A stretch of 64,000 bases of DNA from Tubiluchus corallicola. Lineage: Eukaryota; Animalia; Priapulida. Shown here in pieces: positions 39,070 through 52,873 of this stretch (position 1 is the stretch's first letter; the number at the start of each line of letters is the position of its first letter). The stretch is from NCBI GenBank assembly GCA_030141605.1, contig JAQGDQ010000425.1, positions 1-64,000 on the forward strand. Reading direction: 5' to 3'. The notes below the pieces were generated by a model. The model was not told the origin of the DNA. It made no database searches and saw only the letters and a program-made list of their open reading frames with translations. The position numbers were made by a program, and so were the translations under genes.

Positions 39070-39720
39070 ACTTACATACTTACTTGCTTGCTTGCTTGCT
39101 CGCTTGCTTACGTACGTACTTGCTAGTTTGTTTGCTTGTTTATTTACACACTCACTCACTCACTCACTCCCTCCCTCACTCACTCACTCACTCACTCACT
39201 CACTCACTCACTCACTCACTCACAAACTCAATCACTTACCTACTTACTTACTTACTCACTCACTCACTCACTCACTCACTCACTCACTCACTCACTCACT
39301 CACTAACTCAATCACTTACCTACTTACTTGCTTACTTACTCACTCACTCACTCACTCACCACTCACCACTCACCACTCACTCACTCACCTACCTACCTAC
39401 CTACCTACCTACCTATCTACCTACCTACCTACCTACCTAGCAACCTACCTACCTACTTTCCTACCTACCTACCTACCTACCTACCTACCTACCTACCTAC
39501 CTACCTACCTACCTACCTACCTACCTACCTACCTATCTACCTACCTACCTACCTACCTACGTACCTACTTACGTACCTACTTACGTACTTTACTTACTTA
39601 CTCACTCACTCACTCACTCACTCACTCACTCACTCACTCACTCACTCACTCACTCACTCACTCACTCACTCACTCACTCACTCACTCACTCACTCACTTA
39701 CTTACCTACTTACATACTTA
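39070..39720. repeat. Compound tetranucleotide microsatellite (CTTG/CTTA/CTCA/CCTA)n
   Basis: Direct inspection; source of the LTHS/PTYL pseudo-ORFs. Confidence 0.95.
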
Positions 39721-40104
39721 AATATTTAGTTTATGCTGAGTTTTTACTACTAAAACTGTATTTTATAAAATTGATGACTTATAGAATTCAGATTCTCTAT
39801 TTTTTATTGCATTCACACCTTGTATCCAGTTTATTGCTGCTGTAGTTTTACATTTTAAAAACATCGTCTATAATATCAATAAACAACAAACAAAGAAATA
39901 AGTAACAAAGAATAAATTTATTGAAAGTATAAAAAACTCGGTATTTACAAGAAAATAAAATAATTTAAATATGACAAGATGCTGCTTCATCGCGAATCCT
40001 TGGGTGGCCTGGTGTGCTGGCCATTGGTCATTCAGGTCTATACCGTTCCTCTACCTCTTGATGGATTCCAGACTAACTCAGACCAAACATCTCCTTGCAG
40101 TGCA

Positions 40105-40707
40105 TTAGCAAAACGTTGGTGGATTGTCCCAGTCGCCAACTCTCTGCTCGGGACGACGAGGAGGTTTGGTGTCGAACATGAAGCCTACATGCCATGGAAC
40201 TTTCGGCTCAATAACGTGCGGAATGTAAGGATTTGTCTGTTCCAGGTGGACATCTTGTTCTGCTGTTGGTACTTCCGTTTCCTCCAAATCTCCAACCTCC
40301 ATGACACATATGTCTAGACCACAAGCGCATGGCAAACAATCCACATCTTTCCATCGTGACATGCTGTGAGATTTCATCCCAGATATAATCAAGTCAGTTG
40401 CCCTGGCTTTCACTCTCTTTAACAATTGTGCTTGAACGGCTCGCAGTCCCTCATCTTCAGTTGATCTATCGCTAGATGTTACTAGCTGAACCATTCTGAC
40501 AAATATTTTTCCAGCAAAGGAAGATCGAATGTATAATATAGGATGGGCAAGTCCCGATATGGTCACATCGACTATCTTCATTCTAACTCTTTTGAAGAAG
40601 TGCCGGAAGTGCGAACGAATCGTCCGCGAGGGAACTTTCCCCCGATATCCAGTTGGTGCAACCTTATTGCTCCTGACGTGTCTCTTAAAACGGTCAAGAG
40701 CTTCCAT
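40105..40707 (-). CDS. Intronless 200-aa hypothetical protein, no family recognised
   Basis: ATG-to-TAA ORF in a GC-richer island; minus-strand AATAAA at 39917-39922 with a T-rich tract after it; Inr-like TCAGT at about 40785-40789. Confidence 0.5.
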   Translation of the reverse strand: MEALDRFKRHVRSNKVAPTGYRGKVPSRTIRSHFRHFFKRVRMKIVDVTISGLAHPILYIRSSFAGKIFVRMVQLVTSSDRSTEDEGLRAVQAQLLKRVKARATDLIISGMKSHSMSRWKDVDCLPCACGLDICVMEVGDLEETEVPTAEQDVHLEQTNPYIPHVIEPKVPWHVGFMFDTKPPRRPEQRVGDWDNPPTFC

Positions 40708-42534
40708 AACTACTCGAAAGAACTAAGAAAAAGAAATATCGCTCGAAAAAAGCTGTTGAAAGAAGAATCGCTCTGTACGTCTTACTGAATTGCGCCCAGA
40801 AATATAACTGAGATTGTAGCTAAGTTACAAGAGTGCGTCAGTAATAGATATGACAAGGACAGTTGCTATGTTATACGCATTGTAGTAACAACGTAAACGC
40901 ATTACGTAATGTGGGCAGAAGGTATTGGCTAGTTATCTCGTAAAATTTAACATTTCTGGTTGATGATTTTTAAATAGCTACTGAAACGAATAGTACATAG
41001 AAATCTTGTTAGGATTAATGTACCCAGATCTTGCATGTCAGCATGTGTCTCATTTTTCTCTCATGCAACTCGAAATAACCATAAGCCGTTTTAGGCAGTA
41101 AAATCCGACAGTTTATCAACACCATCACAACTTGAGCTTATTTGATGAAATCTTCTCAGTTTTTTCCAAGAACATTTAAAAAGAAATGTCATTAACAAAC
41201 GTGTGATTTTCACACGTTATTATTCTGATAATAATATCTACGATATAACCTATATTTGCTGTAATGTTAAACAGGGCATTTACCCAAAGACGTTGTACTA
41301 CATTCAAGCAGCCAGTCAGTCAGTCAGTCAGTCAGCCAGTCAGCAACTTCTTTGAGTTCTTAATTGTTGATCTTAAAACTCTCTTTATTAACTATTGTGG
41401 TAGCTTGAATGAAAACCTACTGGTTTCTCATTGGCCACGGTTCGGATCCGTTTTCCAAGTTCAATTTCGCCATTAATGCGCAATTTTTAATAGCCAGTGT
41501 CTCAATATTGCGCTCTGGTTTATTATCTTTATGAGCAAGTTTGCCATTATCAAAGTTTATTTGTTAAGAGATTTGTCCTCAGCTTCCAGTAGATGGCGCT
41601 GAACAATGCCGAGACCATTGTGGAAAAACATCCACAAATTTAACTTCATTCGCGGACCATTTTATTTCAGCAAGTGCTCTGAAAGCGAAGAGTCATGTAG
41701 GCTAATTAGTTTTTGGGTTTTATTGAAGACTTGTTTCTTATGAACAATACATAGATATGCATAATTGCTGGTGAGAGCAACAATTGGTGCGTTGGAAATT
41801 AATAGAAATCCATTATTTAGATAGAACGTAGCTGAACGTGATAGATTTTGTAAGTGTGGTTAGAACTTGGAGAATTTTGTATCATATTTTACTGTATTGT
41901 CCTTATTTGAAAAAGGAGAAATATGGTTATTGGTTATTTAGGAAGGAGCTTTAGATGAACATCGTGTGAATTGGTTGTTATTCCATAATATTGATCGCGG
42001 AAAAAACTTCTTAGTGATATAATGGAAAAGCCTCATGAGATAGGAATGTCTAACTCTGTGCTTTTTTATTTTATTTTCAGCCGAGCAGCTTTGACTGTTC
42101 ACCTGATACAAAAAAGGTCTAAACACTGAACTAGAGTCGAAATAACAAAACTAGATAGCCTTTCATGCAGCAGTATTATACAGACTATGCAAGCTGTATC
42201 CATGGGAATGTATCAACTAAGCAATGTATCTTCATTCTTCAAGTCCATTATTACACAATGGCGGATTAAGGCTCTGCTGGCCCTAACGCATATTTTGATA
42301 AGTGGCCTGAAAATACAGATATTTTGGACTCATTGACGAAAGGAAAAAGTTAAACTTAGCAAAAGAAAATTTATTGCGTAAAAACTTAGAAAAACCAATT
42401 TTTTTACAATAATTACTATTGGTACACATGCCTAGCTCGACTTCGGTTTCCTTAGAATTTTTCCGTGAATATTTTGTGATAGCCTCATCTCCTGGCAGGA
42501 CCAACACTTGAATTTCTTAAATCTACTGCTAGAT

Positions 42535-42890
42535 TTAGCAGATTTCATGGCTAACAAAAAGAGATTTTTCAGAGCTTCACTCATTTCTGCAGCCTTAGCA
42601 GCAGAAGGCTCATTGGCTTGGGAATATCGATGGCACTGGACAAAGTGAGTTTCTTTTCAATAATTTCCTACTGATGTCATTGAACTTTAACCTTACTATC
42701 ATTTGGTCATGCACCATTTGGTTCTCATTTATTTCATAGGAGCTACAATTTTTAGCCAAGATTTTCAATTTACCAATAAATTGTCAATGCTTTCATTAGG
42801 ACCCTGCTCTCTAGATCGAAAGACATAACTCTCATACACTAGGCTAGCAGTGGGAGCAAAATACTGTTGTAAGTATTCTAAGCATATGCC
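42535..42890 (-). mobile_element. Ty3/Gypsy-type gag remnant (frameshifted)
   Basis: Minus strand reads LEYLQQYFAPTASLVYESYVFRSREQGPNESIDN..KLKILAKNC...MVHDQMIV...RKLL..KLTLSSAIDI, matching the retrotransposon gag pattern. Confidence 0.65.
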
Positions 42891-43420
42891 CAATCCATCT
42901 TAAACGGCGTCTTTTTATTTTTCTTGTCCAAGGTTCTTCTTTGATTTTTTCATATAGATCTTTGTTTGAAATTTTCTTTGGTCATCTAATACCCAAAATG
43001 TTTCTGTAATTTCGCCTTTGAAACGCATCGATTTCAGCTTTATGATTTGCTTTTAATGTCCGAAGCTCAGAGTTATACAGGAATACAGTTTCAACTAAGG
43101 CTGAGAATATTTTAATTTTTGTTTCCAAAGAAATCTTCCTATTTTCAAAAACTTTTGTGAGTTTTGAGTAACCTGATAATGCCATTATCTTCCGTCTTGA
43201 TATGTCGTCCTCTGTTCCCAGCAGACTACCGAGATACTTGCATCTTTGCCATGATTCATCACCATGGCGTGTTATATGAAACACTTCAGTTTTATTTTTG
43301 TTTACAACGAGATCCATTCTGTTCAGTTTCTCCTCTATTGAGTTTTTTTATTTCATCTACTTCTTCTTTGTTTCTTGTAATCCATGCCACATCATCAGCA
43401 TAATGCATTGTCAACCAGTC
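42890..43420 (-). mobile_element. Degraded RTE-like RT fragment
   Basis: HYADDVAW near 43400, then NKNKT, CKYLGS, KIKIFSALVETVFLYNSE, DAFQRR..RNILGIR; contains stops and frameshifts. Confidence 0.8.
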
Positions 43421-44029
43421 TTCAAAATCTTTCATATACAGCTCATGCTCCGCAAGCTTTGACAACTACAGTTGTCACACTGTCATCATGAGATGTACTA
43501 GGATCAGACATGCTTTACGCTAGAAGACGCTACAAAAGTAAACTGTGAAAGGCATTCCTTTAAAGAAAACCAATGATAGACTAAGGTTTCAAAGAAAAAC
43601 AAAGTAGAAGAGCTTTCAGCTCAAAAAACCATGTAGTTAACAACAAAAAGTGGTGTTATTTATCAACCATAAAGATAAAATTTTCGACAGATGTTCCAGT
43701 CTGAATAACATCCTATTCATTGTTTTGTCACATAAGTTACAATAAAAATACTAAACATTTATATACATAAAAATAAAGGAAAGCATTTTTTCATCACCTG
43801 AGAACTTCTTCAAATTTGTTTACACTTTTGCGGTCTGGATTTTTGGCTGTCTTTAAGACGTGTGCTTTGTTTGCCTAATGGTTAATCTGGCACTAATTTA
43901 TAGTTTTGTCAAATTTTGTTTATTTCGTATTTTTGCTGCTTCTACTATTGTTGATCTGCTAATATGGACGTCGAACGATGAACTTATTAATAAACTGTAC
44001 GATAACATGGTGATTTTACACATACGTTA

Positions 44030-44250
44030 TAAAGTGCGCTCGCATAATACTGAGCTGAACAGGTGAAAGTGCATTGTACAGTTCTATTCATAGGCACCAG
44101 ACCAACCAACCTACAGGTATTGTTATGACATCCACTTTAAACTAGGAAGCCCATAACATTACCTGCGATTGGTTGAGCAGTGGTTTCCTGTGGAAAGAAC
44201 GAACAATGCACTTTCACCTGTTCAGCTCAGTATTATGCGAGCGCACTTTA
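44030..44250. mobile_element. 221-bp foldback MITE
   Basis: Perfect 48-bp TIRs at 44030-44077 and 44203-44250, with imperfect complementarity continuing inward (CAGGTATTGTTATG/CATAACATTACCTG). Confidence 0.85.
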
Positions 44251-45149
44251 CTGATGGAACCTCTGCTACACCAATCTTGCCGAGTGTGCACACGTAGCAG
44301 CTTCATCCTCAAAAGCAATCAGTTGCCGTTGTTGCAGTGAAACGTCCGGGTCGAACCGCGGAACAATACAATGCTATACTCGCCCCTCCTATGTTGACAA
44401 CTGTAGGATTAGCTAGTGTGCATGTTCGCCCTGTTGTCGACTGAGCGTTCTTACAATAACATAGCCCAGCAACACAAACAAACTGAAAAAGTCAAGATCA
44501 CGAATACAGTAAAGAATAAAGCGGCTACAGCAACTCATTTTTAAACATATTGCCAATTACTACATAATCATAGTGCTGTAGCTTGAATATGTACACTTAT
44601 GCTCCATCTGTGCACAGTTGGAGATACTGTGTAAACGAATGTGCGTTTTTTGTGGTTGTTGTACCAAGGTCCAGTTGCAGAAATTGGGGATGCCAAGGTC
44701 ATGAGCACTGGAGAAGGGCTGAGGATCTGAGGTTGTGGGTGCGAAGGTTTCGTCAAACATGCACGTTTGTCTACGTAGATCTCTACCTTGCTTTTTTTGT
44801 TTTGGTTTAATTTAACTGATCATTACAAACTTGCACAAACTATGGCTTCATTCACCCTATGCTTTTTTGTGTGTATGATTTTCCATGTATTATTAAGTTT
44901 ACAAAAGTATGAATTGGATGTGGCGGAAACATTCCGTCAAAATGTTTTTGGCAGGACTCAACAATCTAGAATCCGTTATCACATCAATGTTTTCTTTTAA
45001 TTGGAACTAACAAGTTATTTGTAAAACGCAATGACAAACTCCTGAAATAGATATTTACATATCATTTTTATTGTAAGACTATAAATCAGGTTTTTAAAAG
45101 TAATTTTTTGAGTCGAAATAAAATTTTACTTTTACTTTCGCAATCTGTC

Positions 45150-45281
45150 AATAGGCGGCAGTACTGTAAGCGCTAATACTGACGTCATCGAACGAGGTGT
45201 GGTCGCCATCTTCTATGATATAGTGTTTAAATTATTTTCGTTTTCGGCTTTTGGAGTAAAGCTGAAGTACACAACCAAGGT
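45150..45281 (+). promoter_or_regulatory. Probable promoter and non-coding first exon, likely of the Rho gene
   Basis: CRE TGACGTCA at 45180-45187, YY1-type CGCCATCTT at 45204-45212, donor AAG|GTATTA at 45280; no coding exon found before the Rho ATG. Confidence 0.45.
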
Positions 45282-46230
45282 ATTATTAATATTGTCATGT
45301 AAAAACTATCTTGAGTTTTCTGGTTTGTAACTTCAGATTAGGACATAGAAATGTGCACTTTGTTAGTGCTTGGTTTTGTTTTCAGTTGGGCCCCTGTTGT
45401 CACTGACTGTGACTGAGATAGGCATAGATATAGACGTTCGTTTTCCTAGTAATGTGTCACAAATATTCCATTTTACAAAAAACCGTTTGTTTTGCAAGGA
45501 GATGGGGTGAAAAAGACCATAAGTCATCTGGTCACTCCTTATAAATTAATATTGTAATCAGAAAAAATATCGTGAGATCTAGTATAAACTTTGTTCGTTA
45601 ATCTTCTGCTTAGGCTACTACTACTAGTACTACGTGTACTACAATGCTTAATTGATTAAAGATGAATATTAGTGATCTAGGTCTCTAGCTTTGTGTTATC
45701 CACTAAATCGTTGTAGTCGCTGATTTTTTTTCTCCTTGATACATAATTTATAGCTGTTTTTTAGTCAATGTTGACTTACTGGTTTCATTCAATGGTGATA
45801 GAAGGTGAGGTTACTTCTTGAAACAGTTTTGGTGAGCCCCAGGTTTCCATCTAAAGTTTGTAGAATCATAAAAGCGTTATGTTGTAGGCTTTATATTTCT
45901 ATAATAGAATTCATTTCGCTTCCTGTAGACCTGGAGTCACACGTCCTTTGACATGACCCTCAATCACTTTAGACCATGCTGCCCCATCACTTGCAACTTT
46001 CATTGTCTCTGTATTTTTCATATCTTATGGTGTGCTGATAAAAAATTAATGTAAGTCAGCAGCTGACCTCTTTGTGGTTTCCAAAATGACAGAATGGTAA
46101 ACAATTAAAATGTGCAGTTAAAAAGTGTGATACATTTTTATATAAAGCTGCATGCGTGCGAACCCGACAAGTAACATACAAAATGTCTAGATTAAGACTG
46201 TAAAGTACACAATTTGTGGTCATCCTGTAG

Positions 46231-47262
46231 TTAAAGGGCAAGAAAAGGGGTACTTGCAGTAGGTTTCAGAAAAATTACCTTAAAAAATTATATTACTTTA
46301 TAGCAATTTTATGCGTATATCTTACTCACACTGAAGGTAATTTTGGTTTGTTTTCATTTTAAATCTCCCATTTCATTTCAATACTGTTCCGATTGCACCA
46401 TTACATGACGTCATGTACGAAACGTAAATCAAATGAAGAAAAGGCAATCAAATGTTAAATTATATCTCCTTGTGAATCTATATTACTTAGATTTTCGCTT
46501 ACCTGCTAGAAATACTTATGGAACTAGAAAAGAAAATCATTAATTATTTAACATGTTTTCACCAATTGGTAAAATATCACCGACTCACCCTCCAGGGTGC
46601 ACCACTCACTAACCAAAAAATGTATTTTTAATCTTATTGACAAGATGCAGGAATTTTAAATTTTATTTAGTTAGTGACTTGTGTGCTACGAATGCTCTGA
46701 TTATTTTTTGCAAAAACTTACTCAAACTTTACAAAATGTTATCTAAACTTGTTTCAAATGACCTGTCATGAAAATGGCTGCGTCTAACGGATATCGCGTG
46801 AGTTTAAATTTACATGTTTTATACAGCTTGACTGCCGATTGAACTCCTGTATGCAAAAAGGCAGTATGCAAGCAATATAAAATTTCAAAACGAATTTTTC
46901 GAGCTTTATGTCTATGAAGGGCTTTCTTGTGCTTTAAGTCTGATTCCATCCTAATATAGCCTATTTTATATTTTGCCACCCAGATATGCATATGCATAAA
47001 GGTACAGTATACTAATTTTATCACATGTTGCTGCTAAATAAAATTATAGCATTTGAATTTGTTGGATATCAAAACCAGAAAATGTCACTATGTATGATGA
47101 TTATGTGAGAAGAGATATATTCTATGTTTGTATATGTTAATAGGTATTTAAAAAGCTGTTACATGTTTTTTTAATTACATTAGTTATAACTGTTAAACAG
47201 TCATAACTCATAAATTAGTGCTACTAATGCAAAAATCAAAGGTCAACCCTTATTTTACCCCC
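46231..47262. mobile_element. Kolobok-like MITE, degraded
   Basis: TTAAAGGGCAAGAAAAGGG at the left end and CCCTTATTTTACCC at the right end form imperfect TIRs. Confidence 0.35.
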
Positions 47263-50200
47263 CCCCCCCCATTTTACCAACATTGCAATACATCCAAATT
47301 GTTAGCAAAGCAAAATGTCCCCATTTGCATAGACATGTAAGTGTATGTTAATGCACCAGTTATCGGGGTGTTAGTATTCGGTCCAATGAAGTTAATTATA
47401 TCAGCAGAAGTAAACTGCCGATTGTTATGGCTTCTGTGACCACTTCTGACCCCGAACAATTACAATCTTTTGTTAGATAATTGTTGTTCTCAAAAATAAC
47501 GAGCACATGAAGTAGTCCGATGATTCACTTGGTAATGATAAAATGCCACTGCAGCTAAATAATTGTTTAAAAGTAGCCGGAGGAGGTGTTTGTCAATTTT
47601 TATCTACTTCCACAACAACTCCTCCAACAGTAAGTGTCCTTGGACACCAAAACCCTAATTTTTAACAACTCCGATTCCTTTAGCAATGAATTTACTGCCG
47701 ATTCCGACTCCACAGTCCTGCCTAGTGCTGAACTCCCTACAAATTGAACATTTTTTTGCAGTCCCAAGGTAGGCGTTATGAAGAGGTTTAGCTATACGTG
47801 CTCTCAATTGTCTTACTTAAATAAGCATCTATAGACTTTGTAAGCAAATGTGAAGCACTTATACCTACTGCCTAAGCAAAAAATAACGATGTTTACAGAT
47901 GACGTCCTGTACTAGACATATTGAGAAATTGTCTTTTAGATCACTTATGTGATAGCTACGGAAGTTTATGAAATTGATGGTAGTAATAGCTGCAATAAAT
48001 GAAGCAATTACTTATTGCAATGCATGATTGTGCACACCTAACCTGATAATAGATTACTGTACTCTAACATGAGGCTTTATTTGGAGAAATTGGTCCAGTT
48101 GGCTTAAGGCTGGCCCTTATTTCATGATCAGTCTTAGGACCAAGTCAAATATAGGTTTTTTATATTTTTGTCGACAGAGACATTATGTTGTATTTGCAAG
48201 CGCGAAGGAGGAATTCTGTAGCCCTGTGGATGAGGAGTTTCTTCTTTAACAGGGGATGTGATAAAATGTTTAATCATTAGTTGTAGTAGTAATTTATTGA
48301 TAAAGATTATCTTGTTACACGGATTGAGACCTATTAGTAGTAAACTAACAACATCCATCTTATGTCCGGAAAAACAAGTAGTTTAACATTACCATAGAAC
48401 AAAAATAAAATAAATTATTATTATATTAATTACATTATAATTACATTGCATTATAGTTGGTCTATTACATTATAATGGACTACAAATTATATTAATCATT
48501 ATTTCAGAATCATCGATATTTATCACTTTTTTGGTCACTTATAAAATGTAGGGCTGCTTTGTTGCACATCATAATCATGCTAATAGTATTTTTCCAGAAA
48601 TTCATAGCACCATCCTAGGATGAAGCTTATACTAACCTATATCCCATATTGTATTTTTTATACAGACTTTATTGTTCGAAATCAAATTATAATCAATCAA
48701 TCAGTATAGGACATCCGTCCCTGTACATCACACTGAAGTTACACATGTAATGCTTTTTTCCAGACTTGCTTCTGCGTTGAATACCTCTACCTATCAGTAT
48801 CACTCTTTGTTTCTTCCTGTGAGCAGTTCAAAGTGTTATTAAAAAAAATTATTTTTGCTCAATCTTTCTACCAAAACAGATTCTTATTAGGTACATTTGT
48901 TGTGCCTTCGGTTTTGGTTTTTCAAAAAATTACGATCTTTTCAATGTGGAAAATCTGCTATGATTGGTGTCAGGTTAAAGTAAATTGACACACCTATTGG
49001 GTAAACACTGGGGTTTTGCAGCCAGTTAATCAGTTAAAAAGTCTGCAAGCAAGTTTAACTAACATTGTGTATCTTGTAACCTATTAAGAGTTTGATATTA
49101 CAGTTAAGAGATGTTACCAAAATGAAAATTTCCTTTCAGTTTGTCGATAATTGCATTGTTGGTTCAGTTTGGTTTTAATTTTTGCGAACTTTCAATAATT
49201 TTCTGTAGCATTTTTCCAAGGTTTTAGTAGTATCTATTCAGCTTACCCTTTTTCTTCTAAATGTTAAAACTCGCTGAAAAATCTTGGCTAAAATAGTTCA
49301 AATAAAGCAATAATATTGTTTATTTAGTTTTTTCTACCTTCATGATCTTTAACCATAAATATTGTTCTAGTTTTTTTTGTTTAAGATTTCTTGCCTAGCT
49401 ACTTAATCAAATTTGTGTCACAACAGATAAAAGCAAACAAACAAAAACAAAACATTTTATTTATTTCTGAATTTTTTTCCAGTCTTGGCAGTAGGTGGGT
49501 TTGCATAAATAATTTCGGTATCGGTTTCCTGTGTTTCATAGATTTCACATTCAGTTTCTGTTTGTAATTTCGGTCTTTGTAACACATCTAATTGCAGTGT
49601 TTATTCTGAAAGTTGTGAACTATCATTACAAAAACATAGAATTGTATAAACTATAATTTTTTGTTTATACGTACTACAAGATTTTCAATTTGGTAAAATA
49701 AACTTAATGTAGGACTGAGTTCAGAAATAACACTTTTTGGTAAAAATTCGAAAAAGCTAAAAACATTCTGTGCCAATCATTTCTTTACCTTTTTTAAAGA
49801 CCTAATTTATATAAGGATTTTGATTTAACGTTTTAAATAATACAAATTGTGAAACCTGCTCTTTAGGATACAATTTTATTGTGGGGATGATTTGGATTAG
49901 CTTTCTAAGAATTTGACTATCATTTTTGACAAAGTGTGAGAAGCACTATTAAATATTAAAACGCTAAGTACTACTGTACAATGTATTACTTGTAAATTTA
50001 TTTTCAGCAACTAGCTTTGATAATTTACTCGTGACATTTTTTGTTATTCCGTGCCTCGTTATATTTCACCAGCTTTTGCGCTCTGTTTGTACTTGCAAAT
50101 TCAATCAATTCTTGCGAGAACGTTACGACAACGTCGCTTGTTCAAGCTGAACAACTTCCACTGGCACACACGCTGCCTGTCTTATATAGGAGTTAAAAAT

Positions 50201-51743
50201 AACTGATGATCTCATAGCTGAGCAACCAACCAGATCGCCGCTAGCAGACTGTAGCCACGCCTACGGTTGATCATTCACATCTCCGTGTAGTGCAATCAGT
50301 ATTATAAATCATAGGCACCTGTGATTATGCTGGAGTATTTTTAGTTGTTTGTAAACTATATAAGATAGCTGTATAACTGAACTTGACTACATTGTTTGGG
50401 TGAGTTTCGTTGTCGGCGTTTCATTTAGTAAGTTTGAAGCAGTTTTTGTTGATCTTTGCAATTTTTCATGAAAGTTTTTAATGAATAACTCCAGTGAAGA
50501 TTTGATGTGTTGTTCAAGGAGTAAATCTGGTTTTAATTTTCACATGGGCAATTGTTACCTTACAGGAAAAGGTAGTGAATGTTTCTAGCTGGTTTAGTTT
50601 TTTCTTCTTGTTCTTGTATAAAAATTTTTAAAATATAAAAATGTTGATTTGATTGTCGATATGAATAGGTTAATTAATCATGCTATCTTTAATTAAATGA
50701 ATGATTGGAGAGAGTTTAAGGTCTTTCACATTACAATTTTTTGTTTTTTTGGTATGTTATGTGCAAAAATTGTCGTAAAAACTAGTTTAGTACTGATAGA
50801 TACAATTCTTACTTTAAAGAAAAAGCATATACATATTATCTTTATTTGTGCTTTAATTGTACACTTTGAGTTAGTTATAAGGAAAAAACATCAACACTAT
50901 TTACATACATATACATACAAACTAGCGATAGCTAATGCAAAGATTTTTACTTAATGTTCACACCCAATAATTGTTCTATTAAAATTGCATCTAGTAAGAA
51001 TTATGGCAGCTTGACTTGCTATTTATTGTAGTATTCTGTGGTTAGTTTTTTATGTTTATATCAAATGTGTTTTTTTTTGGTAAGTTGCTACTGTTCACTT
51101 TTAGCTGTAGAAAGTTGTGTGCTTATATGAAAACGATTTACACCTTTCATTTATTAACTACACCACAGCAACCATGATAGCATGGCATTGCAAAAGATAT
51201 TAAATAATCATTAATAACGTACTTATTATGTAACCAAAGTGCCTAGCTGCAAATGACCTATGAGGTGCTAAGAATTAATTACTTGTTATGAGTGTCACAT
51301 TTGCAATGAATATATTCTGCAGAAATCTCAACTTCACTAAATATTAAAATTTGACTTTTTTATGATTTAATATTTGCTCATTTGACATAAGCCTAACCTG
51401 TGCAATTTGGATGCATTTATATTGGATTCAAATATTATATTTATATTTCGATAAATTGTTTTGCGTGTTTATCTTACCTTATCGACCAAAGATCTGTTTA
51501 AATCAAAATTCAAATATACTAATTGTAAATTTATAATTGCCTCATCAATTTCCTTAAAAACACATTTTAGATTCAAGATATTGTTTCTAAATCATGATCC
51601 TAGTTTTCATCAACAGATTGGTTTAGCAATCAAATTTTTTACAGCTTTTTCTTGCAGATATTATTTGCTACAAAAGTAGACCATTCTCTGTGTTTAGTCA
51701 AATAGAAATAAGATTTATCACCAAGCTCACAATAAAACTGATA

Positions 51744-51940
51744 CCAAAACTCTAATAACATTGTCTTCTACTAAGTATGCTGCCAAAACTCTAATAACAT
51801 TGTCTTCTACTAAGTATGCTGCCAAAACTCTAATAACATTGTCTTCTACTAAGTATGCTGCCAAAACTCTGATAACATTGTCTTCTACTAAGTATGCTGC
51901 CAAAACTCTAATAACATTGTCTTCTACTAAGTAAGCTGCC
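51744..51940. repeat. 39-bp minisatellite, 5 copies
   Basis: Unit CCAAAACTCTAATAACATTGTCTTCTACTAAGTATGCTG. Confidence 0.93.
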
Positions 51941-52147
51941 TAAATGAAAGTATTTTGGGATTTTCTCCTCAGATTCAGAGATCCTTACCCTGATATGCAG
52001 TCTCTTTCTTGTTTTACAAAACTTGACCGTGGATTGTCTTGCATGCTGTCTTTCAAATACTAACCAGGGCCAGCTAAGTTTAATTGTTGGGGAATAAATC
52101 TCAAACCTGTGTGTGTTTTTTTGTAAGCACAACTCGAACATGTTATA

Positions 52148-52873
52148 TATAGGTTTTACATGTCAAATGTAGACCTGCGTTAACTCAAATGTAGATTTAG
52201 GTAATTCAAATGTGTCTTGGTAACTCAAATGTAGATTTAGGTAGTTCAAATGTGTTAACAGTGGTTTTCAAGAAATCTTAAGCGCTTTTGGTAAGTCAAA
52301 TGTTGACACATGTCAAGTCAAATGCGACATTGGTATCTTAAATGTGGATAGGTGATAAAATTTAAGGATGTTAAATTTAATCTTGTTTAATTTCAATTTA
52401 ATAATTGCTCTTAAGTTATCATAACAACATTATAGGTTCACTAATGTTCTGTAAACTTTATATACCATTGGAACTGTTAGAGAAAACAATACATTTTTGA
52501 AATAAACAATGTTTCTTGAGAGAAACTAATTCAGTGCTAATGCATTACTTAAAAAACTAATTAGTGATTCCCTGTTCATTGGGAAGTGGGAACCGTTTTA
52601 TTCTTTTTTGCCGACATTTTTGTTAAACGTTGACAAATAAAATTAGAATTAGCACCGTGACCATAAAATATAATTTTAAATTGGTTTTATCTTTTTCTAA
52701 TTTGCACTTAAATGAGTTAATTACTGATCTATTCAAAGTACCGCTTCTACATTTGACTTACCTAAGTTACATTTGAGTTACCAAAACACATTCGAAATAT
52801 CTATGTCTACATTTGACTTACCTATGTCACATTTGAACTTTCCTGTGTCTACATTTGACGTGTAAAACCTATA
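52148..52873. mobile_element. MITE with TIRs and inverted ~20-bp subterminal repeats
   Basis: TATAGGTTTTACATGTCAAATGTAGAC / GTCTACATTTGACGTGTAAAACCTATA; repeated TCAAATGT units on the left and ACATTTGA units on the right. Confidence 0.8.

Noticed and set aside
39044-39729. ORFs of 225, 118 and 133 aa rich in LTHS/PTYL
   Set aside because: Products of stop-free tetranucleotide microsatellites.
41480-41700. Second Gypsy gag-like relic on the minus strand (SLSEH, VQRHLLEAED)
   Set aside because: Too fragmentary and frameshifted to call with confidence without a profile search.
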